Source: Cyanidioschyzon merolae (taxonomy: Eukaryota). Taken from it: 64,000 nt of DNA. The notes below the pieces were generated by a model. It was not told the origin of the DNA and did not search any database. It worked only from the letters and a program-made list of their open reading frames with translations. Positions 10,941 through 21,697 of this stretch are shown piece after piece. How positions within the stretch are numbered: the first letter of the stretch is position 1; each line of letters begins with the position of its first letter. The DNA is taken from NCBI GenBank assembly GCA_000091205.1, contig AP006500.2; one strand, 5' to 3'. A program made the translations under genes and the position numbers.

Positions 10941-11708
10941 ATGGGCCAAAGGGCCCGCCATGCGCACCTGGTTCAGTCGGATTTTCATGCAGACCCCAAC
11001 GCACCGCAAGAACTCTTGGACGAAATCGACGCAGATTTGGCTGAAGCGCCTCTTAGGCGAAAACATTCTCCCCAATCGTTCCCCAGAAATATAGAAGGCT
11101 CCCGCCGCCTGAAGCGAACGGTCCAAACAACAGTACGGGAATGTAGACATGCAGTCAGTCGCGCGAGTAACGCCGGCTTGACTCTATACCGGAACTACAG
11201 CCTAGCCTGTTCATGCACGTACTGGTGGGAGGCGCTGGAGTTCACGGGACTTGCTCGAGGTACACAGTGGCTCGCCAAAATCCGCGTTGGTGGCTTCTGG
11301 CTACCAGCACCGGCTCTAAGCCGTATAGGAACACTGGAATCGCACTGGGAATCACACTGTCCCTGCTATCGAGACGAAATCCCCGAGACCCTGACATATG
11401 TAGGCGTACAGTGCCCGCGCTGGAAGCAGGAGCGCAGCGAGCTCCTTGAAGGACAGCAGCAGCTGGGCATCACCGTGATAGTCGAAGGCCGGACACTCAC
11501 TCTGAGTGTAGCACTGGCAACTGATGGTCCGCTAACCGAGCATCAGCGCTCATCAATGGCGAACAAACGCATATGCTACCTTCTAGGTGGAAGATCCAGC
11601 GGATCGGATGCGCACACGGGCTCAGTGCGCTCTCTGCGCCTACCTTCTGTGGTAGGTTTCAAGCACAAACCCGCATTGCCAACCGACAACAACGCATTCC
11701 ATGCATGA
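10941..11708 (+). CDS. Hypothetical ORF with a zf-RVT-like motif (CPxC...ET...CP...W), as found at the C-terminus of non-LTR retrotransposon ORF2 proteins. It is a possible decayed LINE fragment.
   Basis: Motif 'HWESHCPCYRDEIPETLTYVGVQCPRWKQERSEL'. No RT catalytic motifs were seen. It lies between the Fanzor start and repeat B on the opposite strand. Confidence 0.25.
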   Translation: MGQRARHAHLVQSDFHADPNAPQELLDEIDADLAEAPLRRKHSPQSFPRNIEGSRRLKRTVQTTVRECRHAVSRASNAGLTLYRNYSLACSCTYWWEALEFTGLARGTQWLAKIRVGGFWLPAPALSRIGTLESHWESHCPCYRDEIPETLTYVGVQCPRWKQERSELLEGQQQLGITVIVEGRTLTLSVALATDGPLTEHQRSSMANKRICYLLGGRSSGSDAHTGSVRSLRLPSVVGFKHKPALPTDNNAFHA

Positions 11709-11945
11709 TCACGAAGGAGAGAGGCGGCTCCCAGGATATATCCTAACAGCCAAGTTTCTCCAGCGTGTCGTGCAGCGAAGGCAAGCCTGCATCCGCAGAC
11801 TGTCCAAGCACAAACTGACGACGAGGCCCGATTCTACTTCAGGTGAAGTACGCCTCGAGCCGATGCCCTCTGGGGTATAGAAAAGCAGTTCTAGCTCTAT
11901 GAACTATCTGATCCAGCGGTACAGGTCCAAAGGTGGATACGGAAA

Positions 11946-12139
11946 GGCAGGTACTAGGCACACTCGATAGGACGTATGAAACGACCAGAACATCCGAGAT
12001 GAAGTATATGTACTGTAACTTGGAGGTAGGGTGTTTGATAGATACCTCACCGCGCTCTGAAAAAATATAAAGTAAGAAAAGAAAAATGCGCATAATCGGA
12101 GAACGCTGGCCCAAGTAAACGTCTTGTCAATGAAAAAAA
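11946..12139 (-). repeat. Repeat family B, copy 1. It is the reverse complement of the copy at 22838..23027 and a possible element left-end region.
   Basis: Roughly 85% identical by eye over ~190 bp to the reverse complement of 22838..23027. Homology extends through 'gtcaatgaaaaaaa' (12126..12139). The plus-strand TATA-like 'tataaag' (about 12066..12072) has no counterpart in copy 2. Confidence 0.6.
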
Positions 12140-12181
12140 CCCGCGCCGCCTGGCCGAGATTCATTGATTTTAGTCAGGGCG

Positions 12182-13612
12182 CTACTCGTATCGATAGGTT
12201 CGCTGTAGACGCTCGTGGAGCACCTGCGCTGCGGTGCGCGCGTTCAGTTCATCAACTATGGTTTCATCTAGCGGATGCACGAAGAGCGCTACGGAGAAGC
12301 GTTCTGCCGAATAACGAGCACCGCCTGGGCGGCCTGACAGTTTGGTTGCGTCGTTGCGTGCCGTCTGCTCCGGGCGAGCCACAACGCGGTGCTTTGTTGA
12401 TGAGATCCTGCCTCTGGTCCAGATGGAGAGTACGTCACCTGCATTAAACACGAGTCCCGGGGCACGCGTTGGATCGTGCTCAATGTCCACCCAGTGATCT
12501 CCGATCTTGAGCTGGAGACCACCAACTTCATCCTGGTAAAGCAGGGTGAACGTGCCATAGTCACTATGTGCTCCGGCGAGTACGATTTCGGAGGTTCTCT
12601 CGTTTGAGGTACCGCATGTTGCATGTGGCACCTGTGTTAGCGGAACTGGTGGGTAATGCAGCAGCCTCAGCGTCGTGGCGAGCACGGAGGGTGCTTTGTT
12701 TTCTTCGGGAGGGCCGCGCTCTCCCCGAGCGATGCCTGGTGGTAGCATAGCGCAGTCCAAGGCCAGATTCCGGGAGTCGCTATCCGAAATCTCTCGTATT
12801 TCGCAACCCCGATCAATGGTAGTATGTCCAGCTAGAGCAGGTTGTTTCATGCAGACTCGCAGGTCCGGCGAGACGGTGCCTTTGCTCGTTTGCGTCCGCG
12901 TCTCACGATCGCCTCCTGGCGCTGCCGGAATTTGTTCTTGACACGTCGAAAGCCGCATCATTTCCCCACGCTCCAGCGAACAGCGGGCACCAGCGTCAGG
13001 TGAGTGCTCATGCACCTTCATCAAGGGTGCTGCACTCCGAGCGCCTGTGTCCTCGGAACGCGTGCATCGCGACAAGTCGGGACAGGCGCAACGGTGCTCG
13101 GGTGTATGTCCAGCAGCAAGGTCTACGAATGCATGCGCCCTGCAAAACACCGTAGCAATGGGACCGCAGCCATGTCGCTCAAGCGCTGTGCCCAATCGTT
13201 GCACGAGAAGTGGTACTAACCTACGCAGAACAACACGATCGAAAGCGCGTTTCGCTGAAAGCAGACTGTGCGACAGCGATGCCTCCAACGGCTCGACTCG
13301 TGCCCCGTAGACGAAGTTCAGCGCTTCCTTTGGATCCGAGAGACCCGACTCGGGTGCCAGTGCTTCCACACCAACAGCTACGTATCCCGCGTTAGGAGCC
13401 AACCAGTTGCCGCGAGCGAGTTTGCTCCTGTCCGCTGCTGTTAGTTGACGAAAAAATTCTCGTGCCGCGTCAAGCACACTTTGAAACGCTTCGGTATATA
13501 CGGTCTCATCAGCGACAATATATGCAAAGCCCACTCCCTGTAACGCCTCGTACAAAGATGCACCACTCACGTCTCGCTCTACGTTGACTAGCGGAAGCCG
13601 GAGCTGCATCAA
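12182..13612 (-). CDS. 2-oxoglutarate/Fe(II)-dependent dioxygenase (isopenicillin-N-synthase-like 2OG-FeII_Oxy family) with a ~150-aa atypical internal segment (possible unspliced intron or insertion).
   Basis: N-terminal DIOX_N-like region. C-terminal 'RLLHYPP...GAHSDYGTFTLLYQDEVGGLQLKIGDHWVDI...STKHRVVA' carries the HxD...H iron-binding triad and the RxS motif. The middle 'EHRCACPDLSRCTRSEDTGARSAAPL...' is Cys/Arg-rich and unlike family members. Confidence 0.65.
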   Translation of the reverse strand: MMQLRLPLVNVERDVSGASLYEALQGVGFAYIVADETVYTEAFQSVLDAAREFFRQLTAADRSKLARGNWLAPNAGYVAVGVEALAPESGLSDPKEALNFVYGARVEPLEASLSHSLLSAKRAFDRVVLRRLVPLLVQRLGTALERHGCGPIATVFCRAHAFVDLAAGHTPEHRCACPDLSRCTRSEDTGARSAAPLMKVHEHSPDAGARCSLERGEMMRLSTCQEQIPAAPGGDRETRTQTSKGTVSPDLRVCMKQPALAGHTTIDRGCEIREISDSDSRNLALDCAMLPPGIARGERGPPEENKAPSVLATTLRLLHYPPVPLTQVPHATCGTSNERTSEIVLAGAHSDYGTFTLLYQDEVGGLQLKIGDHWVDIEHDPTRAPGLVFNAGDVLSIWTRGRISSTKHRVVARPEQTARNDATKLSGRPGGARYSAERFSVALFVHPLDETIVDELNARTAAQVLHERLQRTYRYE

Positions 13613-14206
13613 CAGCCGACCCGTAAACTCGTACCTGTCGTTGTCTTGCTGGGTATTGCGTAGAGCAGCGCGTGCCTCTCAGTCGCAACCTCTACACCTC
13701 TATACCTGTGGCCAGATCGGCGACACCAAAAACTCTCTCTGAAGCAGCTTTCAGGTGCTGCTTAAGCCTCCGTCCAGCGAATCGCGGCTGTGGAGCCTTT
13801 CGAGCACCAATTCTCATTGACGGAATCTCTGAATGAGATATATCGCTACAGTGCCAACGTTTGCGCACTCGCGTAGCGCTGTGTGCAGCTTGGCTTGCAG
13901 GTGAGGGTGCAGGTTTGTGTGCGTTTCCTTCGCTACGTCAAGGTAGTTGGTGTGTTGTATTTTGGAGAATACAAAAGCCATTGTGCTCTGCAGCTGGTGA
14001 GGATCGAAGCACTTCACCAGCTGGCACTCGTACAACGACTTTTTCCCACAGCATTTGTCGTGTTCCAAGAAAAGCTCTCGTGTACTTATAGACTACAGCA
14101 GCTGCGACTTTGGCGTGCTACAAGTTCGCAGTGCTGTGAGCACTCTTCGTGCTAACCCCGACTGGTGCGATTTCCGTAGAAAGCAGCGCTCGCACTCGCG
14201 TCTTGC

Positions 14207-14824
14207 GTGGCCGGGAAACGCATTCGTATGTCTTTGGACTGGCCGCCTGATATCCAGTTGTACCGCCACTTAGCCGCTCAGTCTGGTGTTCTTCTAGGGG
14301 ACTACATCTTGCTGCGGTTGCAAATTCAGGAAAGCAGCGGCTTTCTGGGTCGTGATCCGCACGCCGAACAAACTGTTGAAGAGGCGGTGCATCTGTGGGA
14401 GCGCTTGGAGAAATCCGTCGTGCTCTTGGGCCAGATAGTCGACAACGTTCATGGGGAAAGCACTCTGAAAGAGTCCCTGGTATTGGATCTTCGCAGCAAA
14501 CACAGTATTCTTGTCAACCTGAACCGTCTCTGGGACGATCCGCACCCTCAAGAGTGTGCACGGGTTCTACTGGAAGCGTGGAGCGGCTCCCTGTGGCTCG
14601 ATCCCGTCGCGAGCATTCTCTCTTCGTATCGTAGTTTGGTTGAGTCTGCCGACCGCGTATCTACGCCGCAGCGTTCAAAACGCCTAACCGCACCAACAAC
14701 ACCTTCTGCGAGAGCATCGGCATCCGACCTGAATGATTCGTCGAAACAGGCACCGCTGTGGAGTTACCTCCTGGACGACCATGGAACACGTCGTCGATCT
14801 GGCTCTCGAGCGCACCGGCCTTAA
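14207..14824 (+). CDS. Hypothetical protein (205 aa), no recognisable domain.
   Basis: Protein-like, non-repetitive composition: '...LGQIVDNVHGESTLKESLVLDLRSKHSILVNLNRLWDDPHPQECARVLLEAWSGSLWLDP...'. GC-rich codon usage resembles neighbouring genes. It overlaps an alternative minus-strand ORF at 14661..15341, so only one (or neither) is real. Confidence 0.25.
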   Translation: MAGKRIRMSLDWPPDIQLYRHLAAQSGVLLGDYILLRLQIQESSGFLGRDPHAEQTVEEAVHLWERLEKSVVLLGQIVDNVHGESTLKESLVLDLRSKHSILVNLNRLWDDPHPQECARVLLEAWSGSLWLDPVASILSSYRSLVESADRVSTPQRSKRLTAPTTPSARASASDLNDSSKQAPLWSYLLDDHGTRRRSGSRAHRP

Positions 14825-16504
14825 AACATCGTCGGCGTGAGAGAAGCAAAAGGTTGAGCGGCTCAAAAGCATCGAATCTGGTGGACACTTGCGCATTCAC
14901 TTCCCACAGTATGCGTTTGCATGCCGCAGGCGCCGCTGCAACAGTCAGAACTCGCATTTTTGCAGCCGCGTAATCGCTTCCATTTGGCGAATCCAACTTG
15001 ATTGTACCGGAAACCGGCACAGACCTGATTAGACCAGTGAACCTTGAAGATATCGTTCGTCGGAAGCCAGCATTTGCATCGCGATTCGTGTGGGAATGTG
15101 TTTGCTCATTCGCTGGCTCGATCATTCCAGTTAGAACAACGGCAACGACAACAACAGAAGTAGCCCCTGGCTTCTCATGGTATTGGTGATGGCAACGCAG
15201 ACACCGGATGCCGAGCTGCTTTCGCGCACAGTGTTCGTCGAAACGTGTTCCCTCGGCAACGGGACGACAAACGTCGTATCCCCAGGATGGTTGGAGCGTG
15301 ATGTCAGACTTACACGTTTCGTGCACAACTATGGTTTCCACAAAACAGCCCCCAGAACGAAGCAGAAGCCCTCGTCGATTCCGACTGCTCGCGCCTCTCC
15401 AATCGTCTGGTCGATGTGAACCCCACGTGTCACATCAAGATCCATGATATCGCAGGAGGCTCGTCTGCACTGTACGAGACGGCCTCCTCTGTGAGCTACC
15501 GCTGATCTCTGGGAACGAGTAGAACGCGTTCGAACAACATCGCGATAACGAGTAGCGGAGCTCGTTCCAAGCTGCTCGTATATAACGAAGAAATGCAAAG
15601 CAGTTTACGCGGACGAGAGAGTCCCGCGGAGTATCGGTCTGGATGCACTGTGTGTAAACGAGGACACATATCCAAGAGTCGTGCAGCGATGCTCATTTCC
15701 AACCGTTCAACGTAGGTCATGAGAGAGGCTTCGTGAGGCGCGTGAATCTCGCTTTGCAAGGCGTCATCGCTGTCGAAGCACTTCCACATCAGGAAGATGG
15801 AGCCAAATACCTAAACGGAAACCAGATGAAGCTGTTCGACTCTCACAGGCTCTGCTTCATCGAGAGTCGAACGTGATGATCGCCAGGATCGTTACGAAAA
15901 TGGAATAAAAGCGTTAGTGCCCGTCTTATCGTTCCAAGCGTCCTGTCGAGCAGCAAGGAAACGCGCTGCGCGCAACATTCAAAGCAAACATGAGCGTCCT
16001 AATGACTCAGACCGACGATTCCTGGGAAGCGTACATGAGGCTGCGCTGCTGTCGCCAACATATTCGGTCTCACGGAGGCAAGAGGCATGCATTCGCTAAC
16101 ATGCTCAATGATGCGGTTCACGACTTGTTCGGCAACCTATAACAGGGCGAAGTTCTCGCGACCGATGGGATGGCAAGCTGTGCGTCGCGCCAGTGGGGCA
16201 TGGCGTCCAAGCAACTGGGACCCATAGAATGTGCTTCGAATCTTGCACAGTATCAATGGAAAAACAGAAGCGCTTCATGAATCAGTCAGCAAAGGAGTAC
16301 CGCATTCGGATCTCCTCGCATCAGAATCGACTCCTTTCACCCCGCACACCAGTGAAACCCTGCGGTGCAGTGCTCGGGACTTAGCCGAGCCAGAAACCCC
16401 AACTCTTTGCTGTAAGACCTCACTGGCAATGTGCATATGCTGCATCTTGCGGGTCTCTGCATGATGCCGTCCCCGATACATGGAACAGATTGGTTAGCTT
16501 CTCT

Positions 16505-18130
16505 TCAGGTGGAGCGTTCGCCATAACCCATCAAAATGTACTTGAGGTTCGTGTAAGCATCGATACCATATTTGCTGCCTTCACGCCCGTATCCACTCTG
16601 TTTGACACCACCAAAAGGCATAGCCGCATTGCTGATCACGCCTTCGTTGACACCAACCATACCGCTCTCTAACTGCTTCGCACAACGAAAGGCACGACCT
16701 AAATCCCGGGTGTAGACGTAACTCGCAAGGCCGAACTCTGTAGCATTGGCGGCGCGAATGACCTCCTCCTCATCATCAAATACGAGCAGCGGAAGCACCG
16801 GACCGAATGTCTCCTCTCGACAGAGGAGCGCATCGGGAGGCACATCCCGCACCACGGTTGGTTCATAAAACAGTGGACCCAGTTCGGAGAGCACGCGGTT
16901 ACCGACGAGGACCTTGGCGCCTTTCTGAACGGCGTCCTGGACGTGTCGCTGGACTTTGTCAATAGCTGCCTGATTGATGAGTGGACCCACTTCGACTCCG
17001 GAATCGACTCCGGGCCCGACCTTGGCTCTCGACACACGTTTCGCCAGACGCTCCGCGAATGCGTCATAGATCGCTCGCTGGACGTAGATTCGGTTCGGAC
17101 AGACACAGGTCTGGCCGCTGTTTCGCATTTTCGCTGCCCAGAGCCCGGCTACTGCTGCGTCTAGATCAGTATCATCGAAAACAATGAAAGGCGCCAGACC
17201 TCCAAGTTCCATTTCTGTGCGCTTCACGGTGCTTGCACATTGACCCATCAGCAACCGGCCAACACGCGTGCTACCGGTAAACGAAAGCATACGCACATCC
17301 GGGTGTTGTGCTAGACCTTCGCCGAAAAGGCTCGGACGGCTTCCAGATATAACATTGAAGACACCAGCCGGTATACCTGCTTCCCGAGCGAGCTCTGCCA
17401 AAGCAATGGCGGACACCGGGGTCAGTTCACTGGGCCGAGCAACCACCGTGTTCCCGGTTGCGAGCGCTGGAGCAACCTTGCGCGTTAACATCGCTGACGG
17501 GAAGTTCCACGGTGTGATTGCAGCACAAACACCCAAGGGTTCACGAACGACCAGAGCTTGTCGTGGTCCACTGGTCGCTGGGATGACGTCTCCGTAGACG
17601 CGAGGCGCCTCACTCGCAAACCACTCTACGAAAGAGGCTGCGTAGCGCACTTCGCCGATAGCCTCTGAAAGTGGTTTACCGTTCTCGCGCGTGATGACGC
17701 GTCCGAGTGCCTCGCGTTTCTCGATGATGAGATCGTACCACCTGCGAAGAAGTCCAGCACGGGTTTGCGGCGATGTTTCCCGCCACGAAGCAAACGCACT
17801 TTTTGCGGCTTGCACCGCAGCCCCTATGGTTTGTTCGTCACCGTCGGCTACGAAAGCGACGGTCTGCCCATTTGCCGGATCCGTAACTTTGTAGTAAGAG
17901 TCCGAAGAAACCTGCTGTCCATTGATATAGTGTCCAAGGTACAGGTCTTCACCTGAAGGCTGTTCAACGCCAACCGCGAGCGCACTGCTCAGCTTCCCGC
18001 TCTGCAACGCGTGACTCACCGTGCTGCTCATGAGAAACCCGTTTCCCCTGTGCTCCCACACGTTTCCCCAGCGCTGCAATCGTTTCGTTTTCTGGTGTAT
18101 GGTGCGTTGCAGCAACCCGCACCAGTGCAT
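16505..18130 (-). CDS. Succinate-semialdehyde dehydrogenase (NAD(P)+; ALDH5/GabD-like aldehyde dehydrogenase). The true start is probably the internal Met 'MSSTVSHALQ' at ~18031.
   Basis: Full-length ALDH fold: 'ITPWNFPSAMLTRKVAPALATGNTVVARPSELTP', 'EMELGGLAPFIVFDD' (catalytic Glu), 'GQTCVCPNRIYVQ' (catalytic Cys) and 'MPFGGVKQSGYGREGSKYGIDAYTNLKYI'. Confidence 0.85.
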   Translation of the reverse strand: MHWCGLLQRTIHQKTKRLQRWGNVWEHRGNGFLMSSTVSHALQSGKLSSALAVGVEQPSGEDLYLGHYINGQQVSSDSYYKVTDPANGQTVAFVADGDEQTIGAAVQAAKSAFASWRETSPQTRAGLLRRWYDLIIEKREALGRVITRENGKPLSEAIGEVRYAASFVEWFASEAPRVYGDVIPATSGPRQALVVREPLGVCAAITPWNFPSAMLTRKVAPALATGNTVVARPSELTPVSAIALAELAREAGIPAGVFNVISGSRPSLFGEGLAQHPDVRMLSFTGSTRVGRLLMGQCASTVKRTEMELGGLAPFIVFDDTDLDAAVAGLWAAKMRNSGQTCVCPNRIYVQRAIYDAFAERLAKRVSRAKVGPGVDSGVEVGPLINQAAIDKVQRHVQDAVQKGAKVLVGNRVLSELGPLFYEPTVVRDVPPDALLCREETFGPVLPLLVFDDEEEVIRAANATEFGLASYVYTRDLGRAFRCAKQLESGMVGVNEGVISNAAMPFGGVKQSGYGREGSKYGIDAYTNLKYILMGYGERST

Positions 18131-20515
18131 AGCGTCCGGAAGCGCTGGCGTTGAGGCACCGGCTACGACGAAAGCGCTGGTCGTCTAAGCACAGCTCCTG
18201 TGCGAGATGCGCTTCTGTCTCGAGATATTTCCGAACTTTTTTCGATGCACAGTTTCGTCATGAGATTTGCAGCGATTACGGATTACACTTTCTAGATACA
18301 TATAGGATGCTCGGTCGTCTCTTCAGGATGGCGGTATCGACTCTTTGACGCTGGGATTCGGACGGTCCCTCGAAAAAAGAGATGATTTCAGGGGTCCTGG
18401 AACATGAGTTCGTAAAGCCTTCGATAGCATTATCCTGTGCTTGCGCACATGACTCCATTCTTTTCATATCGTTTCGTGTAGCATGCGAAAATCGCTTATG
18501 CTTCAACTGTTAGATCTTTCCGTTTCAGGGAAGCTCGAGGGCGAAGCGATTGACGCTGCCATGGTGCCGAGGAAAAAGTCTGAACGATACCTCTCGACGT
18601 ATTTTTCAGACGCTCGTGTCAAAAGTTATCTGAACTGGTTGCGTTCAATGATCGATACCGCTAGATAGACAAGTTCAGATCTATTTGTGGTCGTGGCAGA
18701 AAGAGTACACTACCGCAGCATGATATTTCGCATAGGGTATGGTTGCGGAGTCTCTCATTTCATCTGTTGCATAGAAAAAGGTGTTAAAGGCGGTCTTGAT
18801 TCATCGCAGCCATCGATCGCAGTGGAGAAAGTGTCACTGCTTTACGTGATGGTAGCGCAAACGGATCCAACTTGGCCGACTTGCTCCTCTACCTCGATTT
18901 TCCTTTCGGTACACGTGTTTATCATGGCATACATCGCGTTCCATAAATCGTCTATCGAATGGAACAGCAAGCCCTTGCGCGTACAGCAGACAGCGTATTC
19001 GATGCGAAGATTGCCTAGAGGAAACGCATGATCGTAAGGTACGGTGCAGGGCGCGGAAACAGATGAGAGTTCCCAAGGAAGACTTCTGTACCCGTCATGC
19101 GCGTAGATCATGCGATGAAGCTAACGTTCTCGCTCATCAGGGCGGTTCTCGGAAAAGGACGTGTGGTGGACGTACGGAAACCTGACCACAATCAAGTGCC
19201 ATCGCTACAAAGTACAACCGAGCGCCGTATATACAGAACGTGAAAATGGAACGCGAAGCCGAAATCGCAAAATCATTCTGTGCTGGAAATGCCTCGGCGA
19301 GAGCTGGAACCTACAAAATCGGGACTTTATGATTGCCTGCTGCATTCTTCGACCACTAAGAACACGGATTTAGACAAGTGAGAAAATGACGTGTTTAAAT
19401 CCGGAGATCAAACAGAAAAAAAAGCAGGCTTCGAAAAAGTCCGCAAAAACTGTTTATGAGAACAGAAAAACGGATCCAACTCTAGCGTACACGCACGAGT
19501 GAAAGAAATGGACAGATTTCATTTCTTTCTGACAGGAACACAGCTGAGCTTCCGCTGACGCGAAGCTTAATCATTTTCATGGGATTTGTCGGCTTTGCTG
19601 CAACCAAGGCATCCGCAGACAACAACAAGTGGTACGGATATAACTGGGTGCTTCGAGAACGGCAGCATCTCATAGAATATTTCGTACAACGCATTTGATG
19701 AGCGTTGCCCGGCAGCTAGGCGTGCTCTACGCCAAGGCGACGATGCACTGCCGCAACAGCATCGTCCAGGAAATGTTACCGCTTTTGCGAAGCACAGCAC
19801 CGACGTTGGATGCAGTTGCATGCTCATCCGATAGCATCATCGCTTCGCAATGTAGTTTAGATCTCAATGCTTCGTGTGACGTGCATAGATTGAGTTTCAA
19901 AGAGAGAATCGAGTGTGATTTGGTTTCGAGGCAATTATTAGAGAACGGGGTGTTCACGAGTTTCATAGCCGTACGCACGTAGTGCTGCGCCGCCCCCTTC
20001 ATGAACCATGCATGTCAAGCTTCTACTACAAAAGTGCGCCTTTTTGAGAAGTACAGACGTACCGCCGGTAAACCGCAGGAAGCATCGTGCTTCTCGCAGC
20101 GCGCCGCACGCAGCGCGCCAGTTTTTGCAGTACAAACAAAAGGTTTCAGTTCTGCACTCTTGCGCGCTGAATCGATCAGCACATCATTTCCAGCGTGCCC
20201 TGATGAATGCTCGACAACTGCAGGTCTGGAATCGTGTTTCCAGGGCAGGTCGGCTCGAGCCTCCTCAAGCTTCAAAGTGCTGCTCCTTCGACGTCGCGGA
20301 GCAGGTTTGCGTTGTTAACCGCGTAGCATGGCGGATGCATCATGGCGATGTCTCCGTGGAACGAACTCAAGTCCAGGGCTGCTGCAGATGCATTGTTCAC
20401 GTAGTGGGGCAGGCTCGTCTACGACATGGCCGGCGCTGGAGAACCCAACTCGCCTACTTAAACGGTTTTCCCTCGTAGAAGCTACACGAGTCTAGATTTG
20501 CTTCGGATGCATCCT

Positions 20516-21697
20516 TCACGTAATGGGGCAGGTTTGTCTACGAGATTGCCGTCGCTGGGGAACCGAGGATGCTTCCTGAACATGGGAACTCTTACTTGTG
20601 TGGTTGTGAAAGCGTCGATTCGCCATACAGGGAGGTTCATCCCGGGACACGTTGTCAGGGAAGTCCTTCAGTGGCTCTGGGGGGATTTTCGCGGTCCAAA
20701 CGCTATAGATATAGCCGTAAAAGTTGCCCAAGTGATATGTTCGGCGACTAGGTGCACATGACACACAACGGAAAGGGCCAAACCCTAGCAGCTGGCTCTC
20801 CGGCTTCAGGAGTCTAATATCCCAAAAGATGGCTCGCCCACGTACTGAGGTGGTCACAGCCCGTCGACCATCGGTGGCTAGGCCCCAGATAGAGTCCCGA
20901 TGCAAGCGAAACTCATACGCGGGTTTGTTGCCCACTCGGGCATCCCAGAGCCGAAGGACATGGTCTTCGCCTCCCGATAGGAACTCATTTCCGCTCTGGT
21001 TTGCGAGCACCTTGACGCAGCGCACTTCACCCTCAACGTCCTTGGAGAAGACGCTCACCGGTTCAGTAGAACCGTGACCCAGATCCCAGAGCTCCACGGA
21101 ACCCCGCTGTGTCGCTGCGATACCAAAGTGCAAACCCGAGCTAGTATATTGCATGAACTCTACATCGTAAACTTCGTTATGCAGGAGATCGCCATCTGGA
21201 GGGACCCTTTTCACGGTGTGTGTGCAACAACACGCCGCACATGACCAAACACGAAGTGTGCCGTCGCTGGATGCACTCAGGAGGCGCTCCTCTGCACGAT
21301 CCGCTGACAGCGCATAGACCGCACCTCGATGACCACGAAGTGTTTCCATGCGGACGCACGTCGTTGGGTCAAACAGCTGAATGGTGCGATCAATGCTACA
21401 AGAGGCAGCTAAACCTGGTCGCACTTCAACAACATCGTTTACGGCAGCTTTGTGACCCGAGAAAGACTGCTTTACTTCACCGGAAGTGAGATGTAGTACC
21501 TCAACATCCGCAAGAGAGCTGGCAAGAAGCGCCAAGCTTTCGTCCGCCTCGAGAATAGCAATGCTGTACGTCGTGGTTTCCCTGTCAAGGCGCACCACCG
21601 ATGAGGGGAACTCCACGGAATTGTCCCCCAGAACTGCCGGAATCGGAGTCTCTAACCGCGAGAGCGGTACGTGCTTCCCACTGATGCAGCATTGCAT
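20516..21697 (-). CDS. WD40-repeat protein. The C-terminal ~100 aa are of doubtful coding quality.
   Basis: Multiple WD-like repeats: 'GHKAAVNDVV...CSIDRTIQLFD', 'GHRGAVYALS...SASSDGTLRVWS', 'LSGGEDHVLRLWD', 'TTSVRGRAIFWDIR'. Confidence 0.6.
   Translation of the reverse strand: MQCCISGKHVPLSRLETPIPAVLGDNSVEFPSSVVRLDRETTTYSIAILEADESLALLASSLADVEVLHLTSGEVKQSFSGHKAAVNDVVEVRPGLAASCSIDRTIQLFDPTTCVRMETLRGHRGAVYALSADRAEERLLSASSDGTLRVWSCAACCCTHTVKRVPPDGDLLHNEVYDVEFMQYTSSGLHFGIAATQRGSVELWDLGHGSTEPVSVFSKDVEGEVRCVKVLANQSGNEFLSGGEDHVLRLWDARVGNKPAYEFRLHRDSIWGLATDGRRAVTTSVRGRAIFWDIRLLKPESQLLGFGPFRCVSCAPSRRTYHLGNFYGYIYSVWTAKIPPEPLKDFPDNVSRDEPPCMANRRFHNHTSKSSHVQEASSVPQRRQSRRQTCPIT

Larger units (their letters stand above)
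8118..12139 (-). mobile_element. Putative Fanzor-carrying transposable element. Boundaries are inferred from two repeat families: the module at 8118..8353 (ORF 3' end plus right-end region) and repeat 'B' at 11946..12139.
   Basis: Both flanking repeats recur together at 22601..23027 without the internal 3.6 kb. The interval contains the intact Fanzor ORF, an AT-rich 5' region and a zf-RVT-like ORF. No target-site duplication was recognisable, and the element's family (TIR, Helitron, IS607-like...) could not be assigned. Confidence 0.35.

Noticed and set aside
12060-12075. TATAAAG box in repeat B as a promoter for the omegaRNA or Fanzor.
   Set aside because: It points away from the Fanzor ORF at locus 1 and is absent (aaaaaaaag) from the copy at locus 2.
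14661-15341. 226-aa minus-strand ORF overlapping the 14207..14824 ORF.
   Set aside because: It has no domain similarity and overlaps a more protein-like plus-strand ORF, so it is likely a frame artefact.
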